Below the pieces are notes generated by a model, which did not search any database, was not told the DNA's origin, and was given only the letters and a program-made list of their open reading frames with translations. From Lentimicrobiaceae bacterium (GTDB taxonomy: Bacteria > Bacteroidota > Bacteroidia > Bacteroidales > WCHB1-69), in assembly GCA_009787485.1 (NCBI GenBank), contig WQWP01000003.1, positions 1 to 42,075 on the forward strand: 42,075 bases of DNA, in the 5' to 3' direction. Position 1 is the stretch's first letter, and the number at the start of each line of letters is the position of its first letter. The translations under genes and the position numbers were made by a program. Shown one piece after another: positions 23,851 to 34,557 of this stretch.

Positions 23851-24401
23851 ATTTTCCTCGACCCCGGCTTCACATAAGGAATCCCTTCCTTGCAAAGTGG
23901 ACAGTTTTCCGGCTCCCAACTTTCAATGTCTAATTTGATGGCATCGAAAATGGGGTATTCGATGTTGCCGGTACTGCGGTTGGCAATACAAGCAATTCCT
24001 ACGATTTCTGCGCCGTATGGTTTCAACGCCTCAATGGTTTCTAAGGATGATTTTCCGGTGGTAACTACGTCTTCGGTAATCAGTACGCGTTGCCCGGACT
24101 GTATTTCAAAACCGCGGCGCAATACCATTTTCCCGTCCTCGCGCTCTGTAAATATCGCCGGCACGCCTAATTGGCGACCTAATTCGTAAGCTACAATGAT
24201 GCCGCCCATGGCAGGCCCCACTACAATGTCCACAGGAGTGTCTTTCAATTTTTCAACCACAACCGCCAAAACTTTCGCTGCTTTGTCCGGATATTGTAAT
24301 AATTTGGCACATTGGCAATAACGGCTGCTGTGTCTTCCTGAAGAAAGGAGAAAATGACCTTCTAAGAGGGCTTCAGATTGTTTTAAGTGTTCTATAACCA
24401 T
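23847..24401 (-). CDS. pyrE: Orotate phosphoribosyltransferase
   Basis: [11 protein letters not shown]; PRPP motif [13 protein letters not shown]; CPLC...KPGSR C-terminus. Confidence 0.93.
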   Translation of the reverse strand: MVIEHLKQSEALLEGHFLLSSGRHSSRYCQCAKLLQYPDKAAKVLAVVVEKLKDTPVDIVVGPAMGGIIVAYELGRQLGVPAIFTEREDGKMVLRRGFEIQSGQRVLITEDVVTTGKSSLETIEALKPYGAEIVGIACIANRSTGNIEYPIFDAIKLDIESWEPENCPLCKEGIPYVKPGSRKI

Positions 24402-24428
24402 AATGTATTATTTAAAAAGGAGGTGCTT

Positions 24429-26933
24429 TTATTTTACAACTATTTTAACGTTTCCGGTTGAACCATCTAAATAAGAAATAGTAAAAATATAATTGCCCGG
24501 AACGAAGTTAGAAACATCTATAGAGGTTTTCGAGTCTATAGCCGGAACTACTTTAATAATTTGACCGATAGAGTTAACAATTGTGATTTTTTCCATACGC
24601 ACCCCTTCAACGTGAATAACTGTATTCGAAGGATTTGGATAAACTTTCAACGGGTTGGAGTGCTCTTCAATTCCAATAATTATTGTGCACGCTTCGTTTG
24701 AAGGAGCTGATTCAACATCCTCATAAGTCGCTTTAACATAGTAACAATATTGAACATCTACTACTACCTCTGTGTCAATGTATTGTTTATCAACAATATT
24801 AGATGCTATTTTTTCTTCATCTTTGTAAATGTTGAACAAGATTGAATCATCCTCGTATTCCCATATAAGTTCAATTTCTTCTTGTTGTGGATTTGCAGTT
24901 AAATTTATTGGAGCTGCCAATATCAGTACATTAATTGAAACTTCATCAGAGATACAGTCGTTAAGATATTCAACTGCTACTGAATAGGTATGATTGCCGG
25001 GAGGAGCGTTCTCAAAAAAACTTTCGGTTTGGATTGAACCAATAAACTCATCGTTGCGAAAAACATTATAGTGTAAAATTTCCAAAATTAGTTCAGGCGC
25101 ACTCCATGATAACGTAACGGCATTCCCATCCACACTTGCAATGAAATCGGTTACTGCATCACAAATACTTACAACATGAACACTTTCACATATCATTGCT
25201 GACTCACAATATCCTTCATCATTTTGATACACTGCAACAACACAAAAGCTATAATTACCTTCTTCCGGCGCTTGAAAAGTAAACGATTCTTCGGTAACCA
25301 TTTCTGGAGCCTCTTCTCCATTAATATAAATAATGTAACCTACCAAATCATTGTCATTTTCCGGTCTGTTCCATGTGATGTTTGCAACTTTGTCGTAACT
25401 TAAGGTGCAAGCCAAATTTGAGATTGGACTGCCACAGCTCTTAACAGTTAAAACTGCTTCGTAAGCATCCACCCTACCGGATCCGAAGATATTGCCTTTG
25501 GGTGAAGTTGCATTGGGCAAACGTACTGCAGTGGTTTCTAATATTTCGCAGATTTCTGCCGGAGTAAGATTCGGATTTTTTGATAACATCAAAGCCATAA
25601 CTCCTGCTACGCCCGGCGTTGCCATCGAAGTACCACTCATGGTATTATAGCCGGAATTATTAGTATAATGTAATGATTTTATATCTACTCCCGGCGCACA
25701 CACATCGGGGCGAATTAAGCCTATGCCGGGGTTATAAGGATAATCGCCATATCCTGTAACCGTTTGCCATTGCACCGGACCTCTCGACGTGAAGTTTGCG
25801 GCGGCATCATTAATATTTGTAGCGCCCACACATACAACGGCAGATAACCCGCCGGTAGTGGTTTGGTCGGGATGTAACCACGGTGGAGGGCAATCGCCGG
25901 GGGTTCTTACATTTTGAGGAATAGGATACTGCCCCATCGATTGTCCCTCATTACCGGCAGCAACAGAGGCAACCACTCCGGCTTCAAGGGCATTCACCAT
26001 AGTATTTCGATATTGTAAACGAACAGAAACAGCCGGATTAGCCCAGCCAATTGACATACTGAGTACATGAGCGCCTTTCTCAACTGCAAACTCAATAGCG
26101 CTAACTACATAAGATGGAGTTCCGCCACCTTGGTTATTTAAAACTTTTAGCGCCATGATGGAAGCTTTTGGCGCCATTCCGGTTTGAGAACCGCTGAAAC
26201 CATTACCCGCCACTGTTCCGGCACAATGTGAACCATGACCTGTGCTGCCCTGATAATTATGATCATCCTTCGGATTATTATTATTCGCTACAAAATTCCA
26301 ACCATGATACGGATAATCAGGATGTTCCCACATATTCCCTTGCAAATCGTTATGATTGTAATTAACGCCGGTATCAAGCACCGCAACAATAATACCTTCC
26401 CCTTCATATCCTAAGTCCCAAACAAGATGTGCATTTACTTTCAATACATTATATGTAATCTCTCTCGTTTCATCGGTAGTGTTGGCTTCATACTCCGGAA
26501 GCAAGTTCTCTTCTTTATCAAAACCTATCAGAAGCACGTCATCCAAGTAAGATAATGCCTCAATCACCTCTTTGGTAGCATAACAGTTTATCCCATTAAA
26601 AATCCAAAATTGAGTAATATCTGTAACGCTTTCACTGTTAGCAAAATAATTCAGGTAACTCATGACTTCCTGTTGGGTTTCTTGAGCATATCTCTTCAAC
26701 TCATTGACCACAAAAGTGCGCTTATCTGCTTTTGATCTGTAAATTGATGAAAGAGAGCGCAACTCAAACTGGTCGTATTGGGCTCTCATAATGATATTGA
26801 TTCTTATTAGTTCGTCATCGCTTCTCAATTGGATTTCGTCTTGAAGTACTGGATCAATCTTCGGAATCTCTTGGCAATAAGCATTAAAGCAAATTGCCAA
26901 GGCTGTTAAAATAAACAAGGTAATTCTTTTCAT
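24429..26933 (-). CDS. S8 (subtilisin-like) serine peptidase with FN3 repeats and T9SS CTD
   Basis: Catalytic triad motifs VLDTG, HGSHCAG and SGTSMATP; VYPNPS CTD. Confidence 0.93.
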   Translation of the reverse strand: MKRITLFILTALAICFNAYCQEIPKIDPVLQDEIQLRSDDELIRINIIMRAQYDQFELRSLSSIYRSKADKRTFVVNELKRYAQETQQEVMSYLNYFANSESVTDITQFWIFNGINCYATKEVIEALSYLDDVLLIGFDKEENLLPEYEANTTDETREITYNVLKVNAHLVWDLGYEGEGIIVAVLDTGVNYNHNDLQGNMWEHPDYPYHGWNFVANNNNPKDDHNYQGSTGHGSHCAGTVAGNGFSGSQTGMAPKASIMALKVLNNQGGGTPSYVVSAIEFAVEKGAHVLSMSIGWANPAVSVRLQYRNTMVNALEAGVVASVAAGNEGQSMGQYPIPQNVRTPGDCPPPWLHPDQTTTGGLSAVVCVGATNINDAAANFTSRGPVQWQTVTGYGDYPYNPGIGLIRPDVCAPGVDIKSLHYTNNSGYNTMSGTSMATPGVAGVMALMLSKNPNLTPAEICEILETTAVRLPNATSPKGNIFGSGRVDAYEAVLTVKSCGSPISNLACTLSYDKVANITWNRPENDNDLVGYIIYINGEEAPEMVTEESFTFQAPEEGNYSFCVVAVYQNDEGYCESAMICESVHVVSICDAVTDFIASVDGNAVTLSWSAPELILEILHYNVFRNDEFIGSIQTESFFENAPPGNHTYSVAVEYLNDCISDEVSINVLILAAPINLTANPQQEEIELIWEYEDDSILFNIYKDEEKIASNIVDKQYIDTEVVVDVQYCYYVKATYEDVESAPSNEACTIIIGIEEHSNPLKVYPNPSNTVIHVEGVRMEKITIVNSIGQIIKVVPAIDSKTSIDVSNFVPGNYIFTISYLDGSTGNVKIVVK

Positions 26934-26986
26934 AAAATTAGATATTATTAAGGATTAAGGTTCAAATTCAATCTTTTTGAACTCTA

Positions 26987-27400
26987 TTAATGTTTTCCGC
27001 AGGGCTTGTTACAGCCTTTTGGCGCTGTTGTACATTCTGCCGGAAGTTTGGCGCGCGCCTTTTCGTCCGCTTTCACTTGATCGGCATTGAAACCCAATTT
27101 GGCGATGGCGGCACGAATGGCATCGGGCGTAGTTTTCTTCGGATCGTAAGCTACTGCTATTTTGCTTGTTTTGTCGTCATATTTAATAGCTTTTACCCCC
27201 TTAGCGTGAGGTAAATTTTCTTCGAAAATGGCATTACTTTTGGCAGAATACGCGTTGGTTTGAATAACCACAGTTTCTGCACCTTTTACTTCAAGTTTAG
27301 GATCTGCATTGCATTTGGCTTTGGCAGCAGCGCCACATTGTTGTGCCATAGCGGTAAAGCTGAAAAGAGCTAAGGTTACGATTACAATAATTTTTTTCAT
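26987..27400 (-). CDS. Secreted heavy-metal-associated (HMA)-like domain protein
   Basis: Signal peptide; HMA-like GVK...VAYDPKKTT...IAKLGF...LPAEC; CxxC site absent. Confidence 0.75.
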   Translation of the reverse strand: MKKIIVIVTLALFSFTAMAQQCGAAAKAKCNADPKLEVKGAETVVIQTNAYSAKSNAIFEENLPHAKGVKAIKYDDKTSKIAVAYDPKKTTPDAIRAAIAKLGFNADQVKADEKARAKLPAECTTAPKGCNKPCGKH

Positions 27401-27450
27401 AAGTTTTATAATTTAATGTGAATGATTAATAGGTGGCAAAAGTAATATTT

Positions 27451-28746
27451 TTAACGTATAAATTTCGAAAATTCTCGAAGCATTAAATCCACGCGAAAAT
27501 CAGGAGTAATACAACGACAATCTTCCAATTTTTTGGCTTCTAAAAACATGTTATAAGACTCTGTAAATTTTTCATTTATACATAATGCAAGCGCCTCGGC
27601 AACCATTTTGTCGTATTGTTCTTTTATTTCTTTAGGCTCAAGGTTTTCTGCATCTGATGTTGTTTTTTCTGCATTTATTACCATGTTTTCTACATCTATT
27701 GTAATATTTTCTTCTAATTCTGCATATTTTTCTTCTAATTCTATATCCTTTGTAAATTCTATATCTTTTTTCACATTTTCTTCTGTGATTGCAACAATAG
27801 AGGGTTCTACTTCTAAAATTGCATTTTTTTCTGCCGGTATTTCTACCGGTGCCATTTTTTCCGGAATTTCTACCGGAATATACTCATAATTTTTTAAGGG
27901 AGGATTCGCGTCTAAATATTCTTGCGCATACCGGTGAAAAAGGGCGGAAATTTTTGGATTTCCTCTCTGTTCGGCGACTGCCGCAATGGATAGATAAGAC
28001 TCATAAATTCCTGACTTTGAACGTAAAAGACCATGATAATAATCATCATTACAATAAGAAGAAGGTAAATTGAGGCAGAAAATTTCTAAGATTTCAAACA
28101 GTTCTAAGGCTTCGGCAGCGTGATCTATTTGTACCAAAGAATCGCCGGTTTTGTACAATTTATCGTAAAATTTGTCTGTAAATTCTATCGCCTGCATTTC
28201 TTGCCCACGATCCATTTCCGTTTCGTAGTAAAGTGTATTTAATAACGACAAACAAGCTTCAAAGCGATTTTTATCAAGCAACTTGTTTAGTTTTAATAAA
28301 ATAGCATTTGGAAAAGTTTCATTGTATTGCAGCGATCTGAATAAAAAATATTCACCGTCTATTTCATTTTTAAATTGATATTCATGAAGCGCTTTTTCAT
28401 AAAACATGAGATACACCTTTTCGTTTAATCCGCTCAATGAATCATATAGCAGTTGCGCATCGGCTTTAAGCTTATCATATTTATTAATAAGTTCGCTAAA
28501 TGTAATGTCGGTACATTCGGTAAAATAAGAAATCTCTTCATCTCTGAATTGTTTTAATTCTTTAATAATATCCTGTGCCATTAAATAATGAAGGGGAATA
28601 TAATCCGGGTCGTGAAGATTCAGGTGGATTATTTGTGTTTCTTTTTGGTTTAAAAATGGCATTATTTTTTCGCAATCAATTTTTTGCGCAAATAAAAATG
28701 GATTACAAAAAAATAAACAAATAAAAAGCCACCTGTGTCGTTTCAA
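27451..28746 (-). CDS. Hypothetical secreted helical (TPR-like) protein
   Basis: 431-aa ORF, TTG start, signal peptide, acidic low-complexity linker. Confidence 0.7.
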   Translation of the reverse strand: MKRHRWLFICLFFCNPFLFAQKIDCEKIMPFLNQKETQIIHLNLHDPDYIPLHYLMAQDIIKELKQFRDEEISYFTECTDITFSELINKYDKLKADAQLLYDSLSGLNEKVYLMFYEKALHEYQFKNEIDGEYFLFRSLQYNETFPNAILLKLNKLLDKNRFEACLSLLNTLYYETEMDRGQEMQAIEFTDKFYDKLYKTGDSLVQIDHAAEALELFEILEIFCLNLPSSYCNDDYYHGLLRSKSGIYESYLSIAAVAEQRGNPKISALFHRYAQEYLDANPPLKNYEYIPVEIPEKMAPVEIPAEKNAILEVEPSIVAITEENVKKDIEFTKDIELEEKYAELEENITIDVENMVINAEKTTSDAENLEPKEIKEQYDKMVAEALALCINEKFTESYNMFLEAKKLEDCRCITPDFRVDLMLREFSKFIR

Positions 28747-28755
28747 AGAAAAAAA

Positions 28756-29295
28756 CTAAGGGGTTAATAAGTAATCGTTTATCGCTTTTTTTAATTCCTC
28801 TCTGTTCAAATAACCAACGGTACTGGATATGGAACCATGAGGTTTGAAATACAGCAACATGGGAATACTTTTCACATTAAACGCAAAGGCTATTTCTTTA
28901 GCTTTGTCGATGTCAACTTTATAAAAAATCACTTTCCCTTTGTATTCTGGAGCCAGTTCATTTAATAATTGAGATAAATAACCGCAAGGTTTGCACCAAC
29001 TTGCATAAAGATCAACAATACAGGGAGTTTGCCCTAAGTACTGAAATCCTTTTGGGTTATCTAAGGCGGTAATGCGTTCCGCAAACTCTTTTTCAGACAG
29101 CACGATTACATTTCCGGAAAGATCTTCCGGTATCCTTTCAGGCGCTATCGGGTTTTTTAATAAGTCGTAATTACCAGCCTCAGCATCTTCCGAAACAATA
29201 CTTTCCGTATGGGGAATATTGGAGTTGCCGCATGATAATGCTATGGTCATCATAATGACAAATAACAGGATGAGTTTTTTTTTGAGGGTTTTCAT
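28756..29295 (-). CDS. Thioredoxin-domain lipoprotein
   Basis: WCKPC active site, IALSC lipobox; start uncertain (29295 or 29304). Confidence 0.85.
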   Translation of the reverse strand: MKTLKKKLILLFVIMMTIALSCGNSNIPHTESIVSEDAEAGNYDLLKNPIAPERIPEDLSGNVIVLSEKEFAERITALDNPKGFQYLGQTPCIVDLYASWCKPCGYLSQLLNELAPEYKGKVIFYKVDIDKAKEIAFAFNVKSIPMLLYFKPHGSISSTVGYLNREELKKAINDYLLTP

Positions 29296-29396
29296 TTTTT
29301 GCATTATTATTAGGATAGATAACACTTTTTTTGGGGAAATATTGTAAGTGAACTAATAAGAGATGGTTTGCGTTTTCAACAATGGAGCTGGGGGCA

Positions 29397-29444
29397 AAGG
29401 TATTATTGCAAAATAATATTAAGGTATTATTGCAAAATAATATT
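29397..29444. repeat. Perfect 24-bp tandem duplication
   Basis: AAGGTATTATTGCAAAATAATATT x2. Confidence 0.9.
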
Positions 29445-31209
29445 AATGAAACATATTCTCAATAATATCCCTATATTTTTCTTGCACCAAATTACGCTTC
29501 ACTTTCAACGTAGGTGTTAGTATCTCAGTGAGTTGAGACCATTCATCGGGAATAAGCTCAAACTTTTTCACTTGCTCCGTATCCCCAAAAAAAGTGTTAT
29601 ATTTTGCCATTTCACGGGCATAGCGTTTCAATATTTCCGGGTCCTTCACAATTTGCTGCGGATTTTGGTATTCTATTTGATGACGTAAACACCAAGCTTG
29701 CAAGAAGTTGAAATCGGGAGAGATCAATGCAGCCGCAAATTTTTGTCCTTCACCCACTACTACAATATTTTCGATAAACGGCGACTCTGAAAATTTTTCT
29801 TCAATCATTTGAGGGTTAATGTATTTACCCATTGACGTTTTGAACAAGTTTTTCAATCTTCCGGTCAAAATAAGTTGCCCTTTTTCATTGATACGTCCCA
29901 AATCTCCGGTATGAAACCAACCCTCTTCATCAATTACGGTTTTCGTAAGCGCTTCATCTTTGTAATATCCCAGCATTACATTGTGTCCGCGGCAGCATAC
30001 TTCTTTGTTTTCGGAGATTTTTACATCCACGCCCGGCAAGGGAAATCCTACCGTTCCGGCTTCTCTTCCATCTTTAGCCCGGCAACTTACAGCAATAACC
30101 GGCGAGGTTTCTGTTAATCCGTATCCTTCAAACACCGGCATGCCGATAGCAGAAAAGAAAGAGGCCAAGCGAGGTTGAATACTGGCGGCTCCGGAAACCA
30201 CAATGTCGAAATTACCTCCGATATTCTTACGTATTTTACTGAAAACTAACTTGTCAGCAAGTTTATGTTTTTGTTTATACCACCATGTACGATCATGATC
30301 CTGAATTTTGTAGTTACGGGCAACAACCACTGCCCATCGGAAAATTTGCTTGGTAAGCCACGGCATATTATTGCTGGACATATAAATTTTATCGTAGATT
30401 TTCTCCAGCATACGTGGTACGGTGGACATCATAGTGGGTTTCACCTCTTTAATATTTTCGGCAATTGTACCCAAGTTTTGTGCATAATATACCGACATCC
30501 CCAAATATTGATAAAGATACACCAACATCCGCTCGTAAGCATGGCACAACGGCAAAAAGCTAAATGCAATATTAGACCACGGCGCTGGTGTTTCACGCAA
30601 ATTCATAACCTGACCTATCAGATTATCGTGCGACAACATCACCCCCTTGGGAGTTCCGGTAGTACCTGAGGTGTAAATAATTGTGGCACAGCTGGAAGAG
30701 TTTACGGCAGATTTTCGTTTCTCTAATTCTTCGGGGTTTGGGTTTTCTTTTCCCAAATTAACCAATTGCTGAAAATAGGGAAACTTTTTGCGATCTTTAA
30801 AAGTGTAAAGATATTCTAATTCAGGTACTTCTGACATTACGGAAGAAACTTTCTCCATTAATTCAGCGCCCTCTAAAATAACTAACTTTATTTCTGCATG
30901 ACGCAAAATGTATTTATATTCGTGAGTGGCTAATGTGGGATAAATAGGAACGGCAATTGCTCCAATTTGCATAATTGCCATATCCAACATATTCCATTCA
31001 GGTCTGTTCGTAGAAATAATGCCTACTTTATCTCCCGCGTTTATGCCTAATTTGATCATGCCATAAGAAAGATTGTTCACAATTTCAACGTATTCGGTAA
31101 GCGAATACTTTCTCCATGTTTTGTCTATTTTTCCTGCCAAAGCAACCTCTTGATTCGGGTATTTTTCTTGATAATGTGTTAAAATGTCAAAAATTCGTGT
31201 TGGTTCCAT
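29443..31209 (-). CDS. Long-chain fatty acid-CoA ligase (AMP-dependent synthetase)
   Basis: YTSGTTGTPKG, EGYGLTE, WFHTGDLG, LTPTLKVKR. Confidence 0.93.
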   Translation of the reverse strand: MEPTRIFDILTHYQEKYPNQEVALAGKIDKTWRKYSLTEYVEIVNNLSYGMIKLGINAGDKVGIISTNRPEWNMLDMAIMQIGAIAVPIYPTLATHEYKYILRHAEIKLVILEGAELMEKVSSVMSEVPELEYLYTFKDRKKFPYFQQLVNLGKENPNPEELEKRKSAVNSSSCATIIYTSGTTGTPKGVMLSHDNLIGQVMNLRETPAPWSNIAFSFLPLCHAYERMLVYLYQYLGMSVYYAQNLGTIAENIKEVKPTMMSTVPRMLEKIYDKIYMSSNNMPWLTKQIFRWAVVVARNYKIQDHDRTWWYKQKHKLADKLVFSKIRKNIGGNFDIVVSGAASIQPRLASFFSAIGMPVFEGYGLTETSPVIAVSCRAKDGREAGTVGFPLPGVDVKISENKEVCCRGHNVMLGYYKDEALTKTVIDEEGWFHTGDLGRINEKGQLILTGRLKNLFKTSMGKYINPQMIEEKFSESPFIENIVVVGEGQKFAAALISPDFNFLQAWCLRHQIEYQNPQQIVKDPEILKRYAREMAKYNTFFGDTEQVKKFELIPDEWSQLTEILTPTLKVKRNLVQEKYRDIIENMFH

Positions 31210-31340
31210 ATAAAAAAGATTTAAAGATTTAAGATTTAAGGATTTAAAATTTTAATGTAACAGTTGCGAAAAAAACGCGAATTGCTACACAAAATATACT
31301 ATTATTACCTACTTATCAATAATAATTGCAAAATATGAGA

Positions 31341-32174
31341 TTACGGGGTGAAATTTTGAATTATGGGGTGAAATTTTGCAGCTAAATTTGCATCTTGGCA
31401 CATTAATCGCAAATTATATCCATTTTTATCTATTTGATATGCGCCGTAGGTAGGTTGCAGCGCTTTATGCGGACAATTATATATACATCCCAAACACATA
31501 TCGCAACGATTTCCAAATTTTGGCTTTTCATTTTCGATTTGTATGTTGGATGAACAACAGTTTTTGGCACAACGTCCGCAGCCGATACAATTATCGGAAA
31601 CCTGTATTCTGTTTCCAAATTTGGAGGTGGCTCTCTTTTCTGCTTCTCCTAATGCAGAAATCAAATAATCAATCCAGTACACAACCTTTCTTAGCCTTTT
31701 TTTAGATATAATAGCTTGAAAAATGGCATCCATTTTATTGGGTAATTTTGAAAGAATATCTACATATTTTTCTTTTTCGGGCGTCTTCATCCAATTGTTA
31801 GGCATTCGAACCATTTCTTCTAAAATAACGTTAAAATTGCTCTTTTTTAATAATTTAACGGTTTTGCTCCGGCTTGCAGAATTGCTCAATACGTCGCCCC
31901 CACCGGAAACGGAGATGAGTGCTGTTTTACAACGATTGCCTGCCAAATGGGCTACCCATTCATAAATCGGTTTGGGCGCACAAAAAGAGTGCACCGGAAA
32001 AATTAAGACATAATAATCAATATGGTTGATTTCACTGATGCCATCAATTTCGGCTCTGAAAATTCTATTCACTTCGACATTTAAGTTGTTGTTTCTCAAC
32101 TTTTCGGCTAATAATTCGGCTACTAATTTTGAGCCGCCGGTGCCGGTGTGGTAATCTATGCGGATGTTTTTCAT
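31341..32174 (-). CDS. EFR1-family flavodoxin-ferredoxin protein
   Basis: YHTGTGGS flavodoxin loop, MPNNW, CIGCGRCAKNC and CDMCLGCIYNCP. Confidence 0.88.
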   Translation of the reverse strand: MKNIRIDYHTGTGGSKLVAELLAEKLRNNNLNVEVNRIFRAEIDGISEINHIDYYVLIFPVHSFCAPKPIYEWVAHLAGNRCKTALISVSGGGDVLSNSASRSKTVKLLKKSNFNVILEEMVRMPNNWMKTPEKEKYVDILSKLPNKMDAIFQAIISKKRLRKVVYWIDYLISALGEAEKRATSKFGNRIQVSDNCIGCGRCAKNCCSSNIQIENEKPKFGNRCDMCLGCIYNCPHKALQPTYGAYQIDKNGYNLRLMCQDANLAAKFHPIIQNFTP

Positions 32175-32325
32175 GAATATAATTTGATGATATACTAAAT
32201 TAACGAAAAAACAAATCTTTAATTTTGGGTAGAATACTTTTTTTTACCTTATAACCTAATACTCGATAAAAAGTAGATATTTGCATCGCTTTTTAAAAAG
32301 CCCCGATTCTCATTAAAAATCATGA

Positions 32326-32649
32326 ATGGACGGATTTGAAAAACAATACTATAGCATAAGTGAAACCGCCGAAATATTTGGCGTAAAAACTTCACTTTTG
32401 CGCTCATGGGAAAATGAATTTGAACTTTTAAAGCCTTTTAAAAATCAAAAAGGTACCCGGTTTTTTACCCAAAAAGACATGGAAGTCATCCGTACAATAT
32501 TGCATCTTACTAAAGAAAAGGGATATACGTTGCAGGGCGCCAAAGAAGCCATTCGTGGCAATTTTGCCAAAACCGCCACACAAGCAGAGGTGGTTCATAA
32601 ACTGAACTCCGTAAAAGAATTTTTATTAGAAATTAAAAACAATTTATGA
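32326..32649 (+). CDS. MerR-family transcriptional regulator
   Basis: YYSISETAEIFGV...LRSWENEF...GTRFF...GYTLQGAK. Confidence 0.92.
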   Translation: MDGFEKQYYSISETAEIFGVKTSLLRSWENEFELLKPFKNQKGTRFFTQKDMEVIRTILHLTKEKGYTLQGAKEAIRGNFAKTATQAEVVHKLNSVKEFLLEIKNNL

Positions 32650-33779
32650 TGAATCCAATAAGGATGGTTGATCTGAAAGGTCAATATGAGAAAATTAAAA
32701 AAGAAGTAGATGAAAGTGTTTTACAAGTTATTGAAAGTACAGCTTTTATAAACGGACCCAAAGTAAAGGAGTTTCAAGCACACTTGGAAAATTACTTGGG
32801 AGTTAAACATGTCATTCCTTGTGCCAACGGCACCGATGCTTTGCAAGTATCCTTAATGGCACTCGGTTTAAAAGCCGGCGATGAAGTGATTACTTCGCCC
32901 TTTACGTTTATTGCTACAGCCGAAGTTGTTGGATTACTTGGAATTACATGTAAATTTGTAGATGTGGAGTGGGATACATTTAATCTCGATGTTACCCAAT
33001 TGGAAAAAGCGATCACTCCAAAAACTAAAGCGATTATTCCTGTGCATCTTTTCGGACAAAGTTGCAATATGGAGAAAATTGCAGAAATTGCAGAAAAATA
33101 TGAACTCTTTGTGGTAGAAGATGTTTGTCAGGCGATAGGTGCAGAATTTGTCTTCAAAAACGGAGAAAAAAAGAAGTTGGGAACTATAGGTGATACCGGC
33201 TGTGTCTCTTTCTTTCCTTCCAAAAACTTAGGCTGCTACGGAGATGGAGGCGCTATTTTTACTAATGATGACGAAATTGCAAGAAAATTAAGAGGAATTT
33301 GTAACCACGGCATGTTCAAGCAGTACCATCACGAATTATTGGGTGTAAATTCGCGTTTGGATTCTATTCAAGCTGCTGTTTTAGATGTAAAATTGGCACA
33401 TTTGGACGAATATAATGCAGCGCGCAAAAAAGCAGCCGGTTTTTACAACAAAATGTTCGAAAATCACCTAAAATTAGAAACGCCGACAATTTCTTCATTT
33501 AGCACACATGTTTTTCATCAATATACGCTAAAAATGAAAAATGCAAATCGCGAGGCAATCATTGAGAAGATGAAAGAAGCTGAAATTCCGGTAATGATTT
33601 ATTACCCTATTCCGTTGCACTTGCAGGAAGCATTTTGTTATTTAGGGTACAAAAAAGGGGATTTCCCTGTTGCAGAAAAACTGTGCGATTGTGTAATCTC
33701 ATTACCCGTACATACCGAACTAACCGAAGAACAACAAAGGTATATTTGCGAAAAATTGCTTGAAGAACTAAAAAATTAA
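32646..33779 (+). CDS. DegT/DnrJ/EryC1/StrS aminotransferase
   Basis: [34 protein letters not shown]. Confidence 0.95.
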   Translation: MMNPIRMVDLKGQYEKIKKEVDESVLQVIESTAFINGPKVKEFQAHLENYLGVKHVIPCANGTDALQVSLMALGLKAGDEVITSPFTFIATAEVVGLLGITCKFVDVEWDTFNLDVTQLEKAITPKTKAIIPVHLFGQSCNMEKIAEIAEKYELFVVEDVCQAIGAEFVFKNGEKKKLGTIGDTGCVSFFPSKNLGCYGDGGAIFTNDDEIARKLRGICNHGMFKQYHHELLGVNSRLDSIQAAVLDVKLAHLDEYNAARKKAAGFYNKMFENHLKLETPTISSFSTHVFHQYTLKMKNANREAIIEKMKEAEIPVMIYYPIPLHLQEAFCYLGYKKGDFPVAEKLCDCVISLPVHTELTEEQQRYICEKLLEELKN

Positions 33780-33784
33780 TAATA

Positions 33785-33820
33785 ATCTGCGTAAATCTGT
33801 TATATCTGTGTCATCCGCGT
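33785..33820. repeat. Degenerate 9-10-mer ATCTGYG tandem repeat
   Basis: ATCTGCGTAA ATCTGTTAT ATCTGTGTC ATCCGCGT. Confidence 0.6.
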
Positions 33821-33835
33821 GCTAAAAAAATAATC

Positions 33836-34522
33836 ATGATAAAACTCACCGGCATCGAAAAAAGTTACGGAAGCCTGAAAGTGCTCAAAGGTATTGATTT
33901 AGATATTCATGAAGGCGAGGTGCTCGCCATTTGCGGCGCCTCCGGTGCAGGAAAATCAACTTTATTGCACATCATGGGAACTTTGGATCATCCGGATAAG
34001 GGAGAAGTGCTTTTTGATAATAGTTCTGTTTTTGCACTTAATGATCAGGAGTTGTCACTTTTTAGAAACAGAAACATTGGCTTTGTTTTCCAGTTTCATC
34101 ATCTATTACCTGAATTTACTGCTGTGGAAAACGTAGCATTACCCGCCATGATTGCAGGCGAATCGAAAAAAAATGCCCTAAAAAAAGCGCAGGAAATGCT
34201 CCAAATTATGCAACTTTCGGAGCGTTTTTTGCATAAACCTGCACAATTGTCAGGTGGAGAACAACAGCGCGTAGCCGTTGCACGGGCATTGATTAACAAC
34301 CCAAAAATAGTGCTTGCCGACGAACCCTCCGGAAATTTAGATACTGAGCATGCCAAAAATCTACACCAACTTTTTTTCAGTCTAAGAGATCAATTCAAAA
34401 AAACGTTTGTCATTGTTACACATAATGAAGAACTTGCAAATCTTTCAGATAGAAAAATTATTATCCAAGACGGCGTAATACGAAAAGAAATTAAAAAAAA
34501 TATTGCCGTCAGTTTTAACTGA
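33836..34522 (+). CDS. lolD: ABC transporter ATP-binding protein, LolD-like
   Basis: [38 protein letters not shown]. Confidence 0.8.
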   Translation: MIKLTGIEKSYGSLKVLKGIDLDIHEGEVLAICGASGAGKSTLLHIMGTLDHPDKGEVLFDNSSVFALNDQELSLFRNRNIGFVFQFHHLLPEFTAVENVALPAMIAGESKKNALKKAQEMLQIMQLSERFLHKPAQLSGGEQQRVAVARALINNPKIVLADEPSGNLDTEHAKNLHQLFFSLRDQFKKTFVIVTHNEELANLSDRKIIIQDGVIRKEIKKNIAVSFN

Positions 34523-34525
34523 CGG
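34506..34525. repeat. REP-like palindrome that supplies the stop codon
   Basis: CCGTCAGTT-TT-AACTGACGG. Confidence 0.6.
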
Positions 34526-34557
34526 AATAGAAATAAAAATCAAAATTCAAAAATTAT

